From positions 44,392,001 to 44,456,000 of the forward strand of contig NC_088802.1 of the NCBI RefSeq assembly GCF_011386835.1: a stretch of 64,000 nucleotides of DNA, in the 5' to 3' direction. Positions 12,239-25,600 of the stretch are shown in pieces. A program made the position numbers and the translations under genes. The stretch is from Chrysemys picta bellii (Eukaryota). The notes under the pieces are model-generated. The model was not told where the DNA came from, searched no databases, and saw nothing but the letters and a program-made list of their open reading frames with translations. Each line of letters opens with the position of its first letter. Position 1 is the first letter of the stretch.

Positions 12239-15200
12239 ATGTCCCTGGAGTCGGATGAGAGCGACGTTGAGCACCTGCCAAAGTTCACTTTTCTAAAACA
12301 ACAGCCTCCTGCGGTAAAAAGCAGCAGCCGCTGCCAGCCTCCTTCAAAGGAGAGGGTTGTGGTGATCTGCAGCTCTGACTCTGAGGAATCCTCTCCTCCT
12401 TCCCCAGGGTTGGAAAAGTTCCCTGGTAACCAGGATTCTGACCGAGTCAGCGCTTGTAAGGATGCGATTGCAAGGCTGAGCAGTGAGAATGAGGAGGAAG
12501 AGGAGATAATACCCTTGTCTGAAAGACTAAGGGGGAAATTGGTGAACAGCAAGTCCTCTAAAATTAGTATTTTGCTTTCTGAGAACCAGCAACTGAGTAG
12601 CTGTGATGCAGTGTGTAAAGCTAGGGGTACTGTGATCCGTCAGAACTATGAACAAGTGGTTACTGACTGCAGAGAACAGTTGCTGCCAAAGGCTTCTGAC
12701 ACCCAGACAAGAACCCCTGTCTCATCCTGGGAAATTTCAGCTAGTGACCAAGATGATGCCACAGAGGATTCCAAGAGGGTACCTTTGCACCAGCCTCCAG
12801 TTTGTCTGTCAGTCTCTCCAGCCCAGAGTAGCAGGTCTCTGGTGGCAGAGGCAAGTTCAGAAATGTCCCCTCCTCAGAAGAAGTCAAAACACAGCCAGGA
12901 GGAGAGAGAGAGGGCTCGCCAGGCTGCGTTGCAGAGGAGGAGAGAGCGGGAAGTGCAGAAGGGGCAGCGGGAGCAGGACCGAGAGAGGAAAAAGGCACTT
13001 GCCAACATGCTGAAGGCCCAGCGACCAGAAGAGTGCCTGAAGCACATAACAGTGGTGCTGGATCCAGGTACCATTCCTGATCTTTTTTTTCAGACTTGAA
13101 TTAAGTGACAGCCCTCATTGTGGACCCCTGACCTTTGCACCCATCTCAGTTCTCTTGCAGGTAGAAGGAGGTGGGCAAGTCCTCAGTGCTTTGCAGTCCA
13201 TGAACTGTGGCTGTGTGATTGAGAGTCAGGCTGTTCCCTGTAGCATCACCTGGAGGAGGAGGAGGGCTGGGTCATCTCAGGTAGGGGACCACAATGTCTG
13301 AAGTTTACACCTTTTTCTTCCTCTGTGCTTAGCACCTGGGGTTGTGTTGCCTGGTGATCTGCAGTTACTGGTGGTAGCCTTGTGTCTGTCTGTGAGCTAC
13401 CCAGAGAATCTTAAAATGAGACTGACTTTTTTGTCTTTCCCTGGCATGCAAAACTTCATTTCCCACTTGTTCTCACTAGCTCTTCTCCATACTATGTAAC
13501 TAAAAACTCCAAGACTTACCTTTCCCATCTCATCTCTTTTCCAGTCCCAGTAACTCTGGCTACTTTCTTCTCAAGCTTCCTGTGAGCCACCTTTATCATT
13601 TCTGAAGGAAGATTTAGATTTCCCCTTTGTTTTCTCTGTTTGGAGTGCCACAGAATTCTGCTCCCAGATGTACCTGTCTTTGTTTCTTATTTCTGTGATG
13701 CCCCCTCCCCCGTTTAACCTTTGGCATTATTTCTAGTGAGATAACACCCTTTTCTACACCTGATTTGACACTAACTGCTTGCTATGGTTCTGTCAGCTCC
13801 TGGTTGACCCTGCTGCTGAATGTTTCAGAAATTAGTCTTTCTCCTGAGTTAAAACTCCTTTAGTGATTTCAGAGACATGGAATAAACCTGGACCATAAGC
13901 CTTGGTTGCCAGGGCAGAAATCTTGGAATGTTCTCCTTGATCTGAACTCTTTCTGTTTTGCCTCTCCCTTGAGATAGTGCCAGTCCTGGTCTTGGCCTTA
14001 CTCCTCTGAAATGCTTAACTGCACCTTTATTCCCATTCTGGACTATTCTAAATCCCCCTTTTATGGTCTTCTTAAATCTTAGCTATGCTCTGGCCAGACT
14101 GCTTTTCCTCCCAGAAGTGGAACCGTTACATCCCCATCCTCCATGCTACCTTTGCTGACTTCTTAGCCATCTTTGAATCCAATTTCAGATTCCTTTGCTG
14201 ATATTCAGACTTATCAATAGATATTCTCTCCACAGTACTTCTGACCTTGTGCCCATCTACTGCCCCAATCACTCACTCCTCTCTCTTGTTCTCATCCCTC
14301 CCCAGAAGGGTAGCTGTTGTTCACTTTGATCTGGAACTTGCTCCCCTCACTCCAGGCCACTGTGCCACTTCCCCTTGTTGAATCTTTTCTACTAGTGACT
14401 CTCTGTAAAGCAGATTGATACTATCTATTAACGCTATATAAACACAATGAATCGTCCATGTCCTCAGACCCTTCTTTCTGCTGAGCTCTCTTAATGTTCT
14501 TCACTTTGGTGTCGCGTTTCACTGGTCTCTTGCTGTTCCCAGCCTTTTGCACACTCTCGCTCTCCGATTACTAATAAACTGATGCCACATGTGCACTATA
14601 AAACTCATCAGCAGTCTGAGTAACTCTGCCCTTCTGCCTCCTTTTGGTGAGCAATGAGCAGGAGCATCAATGTAAGGGAGATGGGTCATTAACAAGCTCT
14701 CAGACTGAAATGTTTCATCTGTGGCTAAAACCCTGGTATACACGAAGCTAGGATCAGAATAGGATCGCTTTCACAAATATCCTGAATTCAGTATGTGTTC
14801 AACTCTGGGCAGGTTGAAGAAGGCAGCTGGATAGAAGAACCCAATATTCTGGTTCTGCTTCGCCTGGAGGATTTTGTATCCATGATCTACAGCTACAGGC
14901 AGGTGAGGTTGCTTGTGGCTTCTATGTGCTGTCCGAACGTGCCTTGCTCAAACAGTTGGGTTACCCATTTCTCTTTTTATGGAGGTTTGTTTGGAGGCTT
15001 AGGGCGAATAACAATTTTCCTGTTTTAAAACAATACGAATGTCCCAATGTTGTCAAGCCTTCTGAACTGGCGAGATGGAACCTCCCGCTCTCCCTCCCCG
15101 CCCCGCCCCATTGCTGCTGTATTGGAAGGAGGCCTTGGGAGTGCAGAAATTTATTTGCATGTTGAGGGGTTTGACTTAACTGCAGCACTGAAACCTGAGA

Positions 15201-18200
15201 CTCCAGTTCTGCAAGTGGATCTGTCTGTGCAAACCCTTACATCTGCACAGTTTCAGCTGCAGGATTGGGGCCTGAGGTTGCTCTTTGCTAGTGTTGTCCT
15301 GAACTGTATGGTTCAAAGGGGGTTTAAATGGTATTTCCTGGCTCTCTTTGCAGGAAGTCCAGGGTGGCACAGAAGGACCGAAAGAGACTTTACGGAGCTT
15401 CGTAGCTTGTGTCATGGAGAGAGCTCCTGGGAAAACTCTAGCACTGGCTGTAGTCGAACTAGAGAAATATTTCAGGTTAGAATTCTCCCTTCAGAGATTT
15501 CTATGCTGTTTCTTGCAGAATAAGTGCTGGCAGTAGCCACAGCTAGAATGCCATAAGTGTTCTGCATCATTACTTGTATTTCCTACTGGCGAAGGCTGAA
15601 ACATGAAAAACAGCAGCAGAGTTCCTTCACTGTTTCATACAGCGTCTCCACCTGGGGACAGCTGGTAACGGTGAGCTCCCGAGCAGCCTGCACTCCTGCA
15701 CCATTCCTACAGTGCCTTCTGCTCACACTGGAGCAGATGTGGACTCCTGGGCTATTCTTTCTCTTCTCAGATCTCACAAAGTTCAGTCCCGGAAGAAGCT
15801 GCGGCAGGCAGTGCTGAATGGAAGCCAAGTAGAAGGACAAGGGAAACGGAAAAAACGGAAGGGAAAGGGGGATTCTGGCCCAGAGCTGTCCAGGGTGGAA
15901 GTGGAAGAAGTGGGTAAACTTGGAGCATTATTCTGCTTTCCTGGCTTTCTCGATGATTTAGCATTTTACTTGAGAAGACCCACTCTGTGGTGAGGGGAAT
16001 TCAACCCTCTTTAATACCTGAGTTTGTGGGGAGAGCCTTTCAGCCTCAGCTCTCTACCATAGGCAAAGAGGAACTGACCTGAACATATCTAATAGAAACA
16101 GGATAGGCCCAAGGATTCTGATGTTAGCGAGAATCAGGTACTTGGTTTTGTCTCTCTCTTTTGGCCGTGTTGTGTGTCTAAGCGCATTCTCTCGCACTCT
16201 CCTTGCTGCTAGGGAGGCAGCCTGAATGAGGTGGAGATTTTCATCTGTGATTAGCTGCTAGAGGACCCTAATGCTGCACATGTATCCCACTTCCCTGGAG
16301 ACCAGGGTGTCTCCTCCATGTCAATTTCAGATGTCATTCCCTTTATGTAGATCTCTGATGTAACACCCATCATTCTTCACAACCCAGTGGATAACCCTAA
16401 CCAGAGTGTGTGCAGTAGGTGGCAATGAACACTGGATGGGGTAAATGGTGCAAAACGGGCCTCTTTATGGAGATGTTAATCTGCTACAACTGAAATTGCA
16501 TTAAATTGGCATGCAGCACATTTTTTCTATAGAGCAACTCAAGAGGCAATGGCTAGAACATCCCAAACTGTATCTTTTAATGCTTCAAACTAGCCATTCC
16601 AATGTTGGGGAGCCAGCTGACTTGAGGCAGCCTTCTTGTTCTACAGCAGGCTGCAATAAGGGACTGGGGCAGCGTCCCAAAAACACCTTGCCACCTCTGA
16701 TGCTAAGTCCTATGAAGGCCCCTTGTTACTCCACAATCTTGTATGTGTTGTTTGGTTTCTTGATCGAGTGTGGCTGTTTTTGGAGGCTTCTTGGGTTCGT
16801 GTCCCCTCCCAAAACATCCCCTAAATGTCTGACCTAAGCAAAAAGGGGAGGGATTGGACTTGAGGCTGGTGTGTGCTGGGGGATGAGTCAGCTCACTCAC
16901 GCTTGGGCCCTATCATGTCTACAGGCATTGGTGGATCTGCAGCTTCACACAGGAGTCCAGGTTAGAATCCTCGAGAGTTGGAAGGAACTTGGAGACTTTG
17001 CCAGTATGTTCACCAAAGCTGTAGCTGAAGCACCATTCAAGTGAGTGAGCGTATGGGGTTTATTTTATAAGCCAACTTGCTTTTGGAGATATCCTCACGA
17101 GAGGCCTCATTTTCATGAGTTTTGGAGGGGAACAGTGATCATACAGCCTTACTTCAGTGCTACACAGTGTAGTACGTTCTTCACTGCAAAAGAGACGGTG
17201 TGTTCTTAACTCAAGTTAGCTAACTCAGGTTAAAATAGCAGTGAAGACACAATGACTCTGCTTTAACTTGGGTAAGCAGCATGAGTTAAAGCTTATAGGG
17301 CAGCCTGGGGTTGAACCTGAGTTGAAAGCTGAGTTGCAGTGTCTTCGTTGCTACTTTAACCTGAGTTAAGAATACACTTTTTTCACAGTGAGGACACATC
17401 CTCAAAGACCAGGCCGTGCTGAGCAGCCATTGATGGGGTGCCTTAGAGCAGACGGTGTTAGTGCCTCTTGCATTGAAACAGGTGGTGCATTGGGCTACAA
17501 CCCCTAGAGCTTGTTTCTCCTAGTCAGTGTTGGAGTCTGACTTGAGAGAGGGTGTCAAGCAAAGATCTTCTTTTCAATCTGTGTTTGGAGGGGAAAGGGG
17601 ATGTAAATAAGGAGAGCTCTGCCCTCTAGCTGGATTCAATCGCTACAGCACCAGCTTTTATGTTTCACCCTGAAAATATTTGTGATTTGAGAGATGTCAC
17701 TGAGGCAGAATCCCCATTTAGCAGATGATCATAATAAGACACACTGTTGTAATTGTTCTCACAGGTCATTCCCCAGCAGTGTAAAGTTGAACCCCATACT
17801 AGCACACCCATCACAGCAGCTTCACTCTCTGTCTCACAATAACATCCATGAAAACACACAAACCTTTAAAATGTTTTTATATGCTGCTTATAATATCTGT
17901 TTGACAGCTTGAATTCTGTTTCCCCAGATTGCACGTGCATTGGTTTGTTGCAGGGTTGCTCATAGCGCTGGGCCATTGGTATCAAAAATAAAAAGCAGAG
18001 ATTATTTGGGCCAGTTTCTGCCTATACCCAGTTCCTTTTGTGCTGCCAAAAGGGGGCCTGAGGCTGCTCTTGCTAAGAGGAATCCCTTGGTAGCACAAAG
18101 CCAGCATAGCTGCCTCTGTGCCCTTTGTTATAGCCAGCCCTGCTTCTAATGTGCCACGCTCTGGTTATTTTCCACCCCTATAAAAGGATCTTGCTAACAC

Positions 18201-20094
18201 TTGTAGGGAAGGTAAGTCAGATTTTGCACATCTATCTTGCTATTATTGATCTCTCTAATTCTGTGCTGGATGTGAGGCTTCCCTGCTCTGTAGCCATTGC
18301 ATCTCTCAACAGATAACTGGAGAGAGAAACAAAAGATAAGTTTTGTGATTGTCTTGTTCTCCTTCCCTTCTGTGCCCTCTGCAGGAAAGAGCGAGAGAAG
18401 ACCGGCTTCTCCTTCTACCTGGAGAGTGAATGGTGTAGGGGGGTGAAGGTGGACCGCTCAGGGAAGGGACTCTCGCAGGTTTGGAAGAGGCAGATCCAAC
18501 AGTTCAACCGGGTCAGTCTGGAGATGGCCAGCGCCATTGTGGCTGCATACCCTTCTCCTCTGCTTCTGGATCAGGTAAGGGTGCCCGACGTTTATTGATA
18601 CAATTGTGCACACACAGCTACTAATGCAATGAGGGGAAGAATGTTACTTGTGTTAAATAACTTCATAGAGATTAATTCTGAGATATTGATCCCATGTCAG
18701 CTTAGAATACTTTGTTTGAAACATCCAGTCCCCTCATGGCAGTGCATGGGGTAATTGTGGCAAACACTTTGTATTTCCATAGCGCCTTTCATTGGTGGCT
18801 CTCAAAACACTTCCAAAGGTGGCCCTTATCCCCACTTTACAGAAGAGAAAAGTGAGGCACAGATTGTAACCCAGCCCCAGCACTCCAATGAGTTAGTGAC
18901 AGAGCCAGGAATAAAACTCCAGTCTCCTCATTCCTCTGCTTTAAGCATTAGATTGCATGTGAGGGAGATGTTGACAACAAGGAGAGCTATTTTTATAGGA
19001 CACCAGAGTAATCTATGGAAAAACTGGGACTGCCTGATAGGCTCTTTTCCTGTTCACTCCCCCCTTCCCCCACAAATATTTGAAATAATTAGTGGTAGTT
19101 CATAAGGAACCTTCCCTTGTGCTTCTGACAGGAGGTACCTTGAGCCTGAATGTTTCAGATGTGAGGCACGTCTGCGTCTGAATATTAATCTGGAATAAAG
19201 CAGGGTGTGAATTTAAAGCAGACTGATTATTCCTGATGAATTGAATGTGTGAATGCTTTGATTCAAGACTTAGTTTGGCTTAATCCACTTCTAAAGTGGA
19301 TAAAACTAATTTGGAATAAGAGCATCTACACTTGAGTTAATCAAGAGTAACTATTCTGGATTAACTCCCGGTGTAGACAGGCCGCTCACAGGATTTGTTG
19401 AAACTCCTCAACAGTGGTGACTGATACAGTTTGAGTCGAAGGCTTTAAATGCAAGTGATGGAAGACATGACTTCTCTGCATCCACTGACTCCGGCAGAAA
19501 GTCACAGACTGGCGTTCAGAGCAGAATGAAGCTATTGAGAGGAGATCTCTGTCTTACTAAAGTTCATCCCCTCCCTTGCTTGAATAAGTGTTCCCCGTGC
19601 AGAGAGGGAAAATGAATCTCCAGTCCTGCATAAGTAAAGCAGCACTGGCTGTTCTAGATGTATCCAGGCTGCACATTTCTTTGTGTTGCAGTTGTGTTCC
19701 GGGCACAGTCCTAACAGTGCACATAGTCTGTCCGTATTGAATTCCTGCTGACAGTGGGTGCTGCCTCTTGGCTACCACGTGAGGTCTGGTGGGAGAACTG
19801 ATAAAAGGAGTGTAAAACATGAAAGGCTGGAGCAGTGAAGGAACCCTTCCCTCTCTCCTTTGTCCACAAAGGAATGTGACCATGGATGAAATCACCATTC
19901 CTTTGTCCTGTTTTTAGGCCTATCGTAGATGCCTTTCAGAGCGGGAGCAACAGAACATGCTCGCTGACATACCTGTGCGCCGTGGCAATGGTGTAACGGC
20001 CACGTCACGGCGGATTGGACCAGAACTCTCCAAACGGATTTACCTGCAGATGACCTCTCGCCATCCTGATCTCTCTCTGGATGTCACTGGCTAG
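12239..20094 (+). CDS. EME1: Crossover junction endonuclease subunit EME1 (MUS81 partner), complete, 597 aa
   Basis: Exons 12239-13067, 13150-13280, 14813-14902, 15354-15475, 15771-15909, 16925-17040, 18385-18574 and 19918-20094 = 1794 nt, with consistent phases and GT-AG boundaries. Recognisable motifs: [97 protein letters not shown]. The ORF track lists 12239..13099 as minus, but that peptide reads on the plus strand (ATG TCC CTG GAG at 12239). AATAAA at 20336-20341. Confidence 0.97.
17176..17396. mobile_element. Palindromic non-autonomous DNA transposon (MITE) in an EME1 intron
   Basis: Imperfect terminal inverted repeats (gttcttcactg / cagtgaggac) and internal inverted repeats built on ttaactc/gagttaa. 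Confidence 0.5.
18770..18945 (-). mobile_element. MIR-like CORE-SINE
   Basis: 'ttatccccactttacagaagagaaaagtgaggcacaga...gagttagtgacagagccaggaataaaactccagtctcct' is the reverse-strand CORE-SINE pattern. Confidence 0.55.
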
Positions 20095-22665
20095 CCCAAG
20101 AGAACATGGATTTTACTGGTTGCCTGGTTAAACGTATTCATCTCCCTTCTAGGAGGAAAAGTGTATTGGGTCTTGCTTGTAAAGACTTAACATCTCCTGT
20201 TTCTGAAGCCTGCAATGGAGGATGCCTGAAATGCTCTACAGGTGCTGTTTTCAGAAAGCACTGAAATGTTTTCCTTGGCCAAGGTGCTGTGAGAGTGTCT
20301 TTCTGCCTGTGATAAATTGCATTTTCTGTCCTGGGAATAAATCTTCTCTACTCTTCCAAGTAGATGGTTTGCTCTAGGACCTATTAGGACTGCTGTATAG
20401 GGCCAGCTCTCCTTTACATGAGCCAAGCTATTTCCAGTATCACCCTTTAAGGAAATCAGCTGCTACGATTTGTCCTTTCCCACACCAGTGAGTTAAAAAA
20501 CAAAACCGACCACTAGTACTGGAGAGACATTGGCTCATTCATAGCTGTCTAATAACACTTGCTTGGAAACAGACTACAAGGTTGTGCTATTAGAATGGGA
20601 GAATTTTATCTTTGGTATAGAAAGAAAAAATCCCCCCCCATGAAAGATGTTTTGTACCCCACTCAGGTACAAAGTTTAGAACTGCACTGACTCAAAGGCT
20701 CCAGCTGCAGCTTGAGCTATGGGGGCGTGAAGTGTGATTTATGGATTAGCGAATGAGTGGAGCTCTAATGGGCTTTATTTGTAGCAAGAGATGCTTTAAG
20801 CTAGGGAGCATCTGCCTTTCGATATGTGCACTTTACTTCCCCTAAAGCCATCAGTACTCAAATGCATCTGTGAGGGCAGCTGAGGTCTTTCAGTACTCAA
20901 AGCAATTATTGAAATGAGTACTAAGTAAAGTCAAATGCTATGCACTGTATATAACTTATTGTACTAGAGAGGAGAAAATATCCATTTTTCTCCAATACAT
21001 CCATCCTGAGATCATCACTACAGCTAGTAAGTGATTTTTTGCAGTGCTGTTAAGGCCTTTGGGATAGTCCTACTGTTAGGCTGTGATAAATTTTAATATT
21101 ATTTCCAGTGCATCTGCTGACTGCTACAGGTCTTTCTCCCATGAGGCAAACTTCACTAGAACAGTTGTCAGGTAGAACACACTCCTCTACTAGCAACAAC
21201 CTGTGCCTATAAGGGGGGTACTGATGGTTCATAAACAGTATTTGCAGCACCTCAGAATAACATACTATTCAGATAAAAAGCAAGCACTTGGGTCAGCATT
21301 ATGGTGGTAGTGTATGGTACAACTGTCAGGTACTCCATGTCTCAACTTGCCTCGGTGGGTTAAGTAGCGTGCCACTGGAACACCCTGCAGCGTATCTTCC
21401 TTTTAGCTGAAACCCCCTCACCACTCTGTTACAATGGAGCCAGGGAGAAGTACCATTACCTTGTGTCCAGTTCGATTAAACAGCATAGGTGAAGGCTTAT
21501 CTTCCTTTCTGTGCTGAACTGTTGGGAATGTGTGAGTACAGTAATCCTGCACACTGCTGTACAGCAACAGAACAGCTGTGCTGAATCACGGGCACAGAAC
21601 ACCAGAATTTGTAGGCTGTTACACTTTAAACACAAAGGCAGTACAAGATCTTATACTGCTAAGGCCCTAGCAGACAAGGTGACCTACGGAAACAAGAGGA
21701 TGCTAACGTGAAACTGGCCAGTTTGAGACACTTTATGGAGAATGGCCTCTACTATATGATGGGTTCTGCCCAGGTGTCTTAATGATACTGTATCCTAGTG
21801 TCACCCATTAACTAATACTGTCCCTAACATAGATTGGAGGTGAAAGATTCTATTTTGATGGCTAGCTGTAGCACCGCTGTCATCTTTCAACAATCCTTCT
21901 GGAGCCTACTCCAGCTCTCACTCAGGGAAAACCAGTCTGCATGGCTGCCAAGTCTTTCCTCGGAATAGCTGTTTTGACACTAGCTTGCTCAGGTTAGTGG
22001 TCCCACTATGGTGTAATAGTAAAATATGTTAGCATACAAGCTCCTAATCAAAACTGAGGCACTGTACAAATGTATGTAAACAATGTAAATATCCAGCTCA
22101 GAATCAGACACCAAACTGCTGCGAAAACTGTTATATTGACAAAGCTGACAATTCTTATTTCAACAGCATTTCATCACTCCACCACCCTGATGTATCAATA
22201 CACAGCCATCCTACATACTTCGAATGGGTCCTGGAATGGGCTTATGTATATTTCTATACCATACAGCCACACCACCACTGATTTTACCAAAGGTTTGCAT
22301 GAACCTTCCTGCAAGTGTCAGCAAGAAGATGGATATACTCCACCTCCTTACAGGGCCATAGTTACCCATGTGGGTTATGGCTTTCCTCACTCCTCTGTTG
22401 ACTGGCAACCTCCTGCTCCATGAGTGAGGGAGAGAGTCTTAACATGTTCTAATTTAATGTTAGCAAACAACAGGAGTTGCAGACCAGCTGAGACACAAGC
22501 ACAACAAAAATGATCTAAGCAGTAGTTCTGCTCTGTTCTGAATGGACCAGCAAATCCAGTGCTGACTGATTAAAGGCAGTTTCACCAGAACACAATTCCA
22601 TAGGAATTCTGGCTGTGTCGATGGTGGCAAGAGATGCTGACAATGCACATGTCCAGGTAGCAGCA

Positions 22666-25600
22666 TCATTGCTGCGAGTTCTGATGTAATACATTTTGCA
22701 CAATTTTGTGGCTTTTCAGAGCAGTTACCACATCCTCATAGAGAGCGTTCACGCTGATGCACAGAGACTGGCGCTGCAGCTCCGTCACCCGACAAACAGC
22801 CACAGTACTAAGGGCACACAGAAATATCAAGAGCAGCAGCTTCAACAATGCCTGGAACCAGGAGCGCCTGTGCCGGGGCAGCTGAGATGGATGAGAAACT
22901 GATGAAAGCTCTGTAATGATATAAATTGCGGGAAAGAGAATGGGAAGACCAAGTCACTTATCAAGAGAAATCTGTATCCCTATAACATGCAGATCTGAAT
23001 CCCTTATGGTAAAATGCTATGCCACATGTTTAGCTCTCTCATAACAAGAAAACAATTACTACACCATTTCAGATTTCCCTAGCTTTCCTCCGTTCTAAAC
23101 ATATGCACAGGCCCCATCCACAAAGGATGAAACAGTACATACTTCTTTTCAAGAAGCAGATGTTTTTGATCTCTCAGAAAACAACCATAATGCCCACATC
23201 CAGATGAGCAAACAGCTATGAAGATGACGACTTGCATTAACCTCATGTTAAGCCTTTGTTGCAGGTATTTTTAAGATACGTTCAATTTTATGAGGCAGAG
23301 GAAATATTCCTTAGCAGCAATTGCAGAACTTTGAATCATGCAGATAAGTAATCAAGAGCTCCATCAATTGCAAATATGTTGAAGTTCTGCTTGTTCTTCC
23401 AGAGTTATTCATATGTTGCAAGATTCTGAACTAGCTCTACCACTGTGGTCTGATTCCCCCACCCCTTGACCATATTCAACACGAGGGATTACTTCCTAAC
23501 ATCTTGCTACATAATCTGGCACTATTAAAAGCATGGTGGATCTGGAGGTAGATACACTTCAATGGTAAGGTTCTTGCTCATTCTCTTCCACCTATTTCTC
23601 CTACGCTGTGCCAAAATATAGATGAGAACAGTTACACTACTCTATAGAATACACCTGCTCCTTGGTGGATATTTCTCAATTGAATCTACAATTGACTTAC
23701 TTGGGATCTCACTGCTTTCTTTTTTTGTTTGTGTTTCCATCTCTTGCCTTGCCGCTCTTAGTGCATCATACTCCCGTCTCCTGCGTTCCTTCTCTTCTGC
23801 CTTCTCTCGCCTCCGCAGTTCCCTCTCCTGAGCCTCCCTTGCTCTCTGCTCTGCTTCACGCTTCTTCTCCATTTCTGAGGACCAACACAAACATTTTTTC
23901 CTTCTGTAATAACAGCCCTCCACCTTCCCCCTTGCTGCATGACTGCTCTTCCCCACTGGGAAGGTAAAGCAATGAAATAACTGCCTCATTTTATTGTTCA
24001 GAAGTTGGATGCACTCCCCGTCTTCCTCCTTCAGATCTAGTCTCTCCTGGAAGCAGTCTTATGTGAGTCAGTAAAAAAATCTACACACTCCTCATTCCTT
24101 ACACTTGGTCAATAGCATCTCTCATCCAGAGATCTCAGCACTTTACAAGCATTAACTGAGCCCCACAATACCACATATGAAGCACTGTCCCCATGTTACA
24201 GATGCATAAAATGGAAGCACAAAGGTTAAAGGGACACTGTCAACTTAAATTTTATTAACGTGATTCATTTTAAAGAAATTCTAGTTTGATGGAGGGCTCT
24301 TTATATAGTATTCCCAGAGTAGTAGTAATTTTTTAAAAAGAATTAAAAAACTAAGGGTTCTTCTGCCCCCATTCATATAAGGGTCTGTTTCACAAACGAG
24401 AAACTGACCCTGCACTGAGCATTGTCAAATGCACAAAGTATATTGAAATAAATGTTTGTCACTAACTTTTGAACTATAGTAATCTTCAGTATTAGAGTTT
24501 TCAGGCAAATGTGATTTTTCAGTTTGTTAATGTTCCTTTAAGGGTTCATTTACATTCAGAGTTTGGACCCATAATTCATCAATGGTAACAGCATTCGTGC
24601 AAGCACTTTGTGGAAAGGCCTCATGCCTTTTTAGTACTGTTGAGGTAAAACATCTGAACCTTCGCTACACTAGCACTTCTACTTGTGGTGAATTAAAGCT
24701 CTGAACTTTGTCAGTGTAGGCAAGACCTATGTGACATGTTCACAGTGAACAACAGTAAGACTCCCATTCTCTTGCTCCAGCACTCAAGCCACACTACCTT
24801 TTCAAGAGGGGAAGAAAAAGAAGGTGCTTATGGAAAATGATCCCCTTTAAGAAGAGAGGCAGTTCTCCAGTACGGTGCATCAGCATGGAAATCATTTTCC
24901 AAGATACACTGAAGTAAAATTAGCCTCTAGGTTTTAGTGGCCTCCCAAGACGTATCAGGAACCCACAACCCATCAGGCCTTTTTGCGGTTACCCATCTGA
25001 TCCTCCAGAGGCCCATGCCTCTCCTCTAGAGTGGACCAGACCTCTCTCCCCTTTCACAGGGTTAAGCAGTTGGCTATTGAGGGATCTCTTCCTCCACCTC
25101 CAATTCAAAACAAATATTTTGTAGCTCCTCGCTGCCAAGATATTTGGAACAGTCTGTGTTAGCTGCCCTGGAAGGGCAGAATCAGCTGGTTTGGAAATGT
25201 AATCAATGGACCCAGAAAAGAGTCTAGAGCGGTATGTGGGTGGGAGGTGTCATGTGCCTACCTCGCTCTGCTTGTAGCCTTCGTTGCCTCTCTCGATCCT
25301 GCTCAGACTGGATAGCTTTCATATGCTGCAGCACCTTCAAGATCCAAGACAACAGCATGAGATCTATGCAGCAGATTCATTGCATTATCCGAATGCAGCC
25401 ATAAGTGGGAGAAGGAATGCATTCCTCTGGGATTGACTTCTAATTCTATGTAGCAGAATACAAGTGAGTCCCAAGTGGCTCTTACAGCGATGCCACAACC
25501 TCCAGGTTTACCCCACAACCTCCACATTGAAGGTGTGCATCGGCAGTACCAAAAAAAAAAAAAAAACCCTGTCATTCAGTGCTGGGACAAGCTAATATTT

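Noticed and set aside
12239-13099. ORF-track entry labelled minus strand, 286 aa
   Set aside because: The listed peptide MSLESDESD... is encoded on the plus strand (ATG at 12239-12241). It is EME1 coding exon 1 plus read-through into the intron; there is no separate antisense gene.
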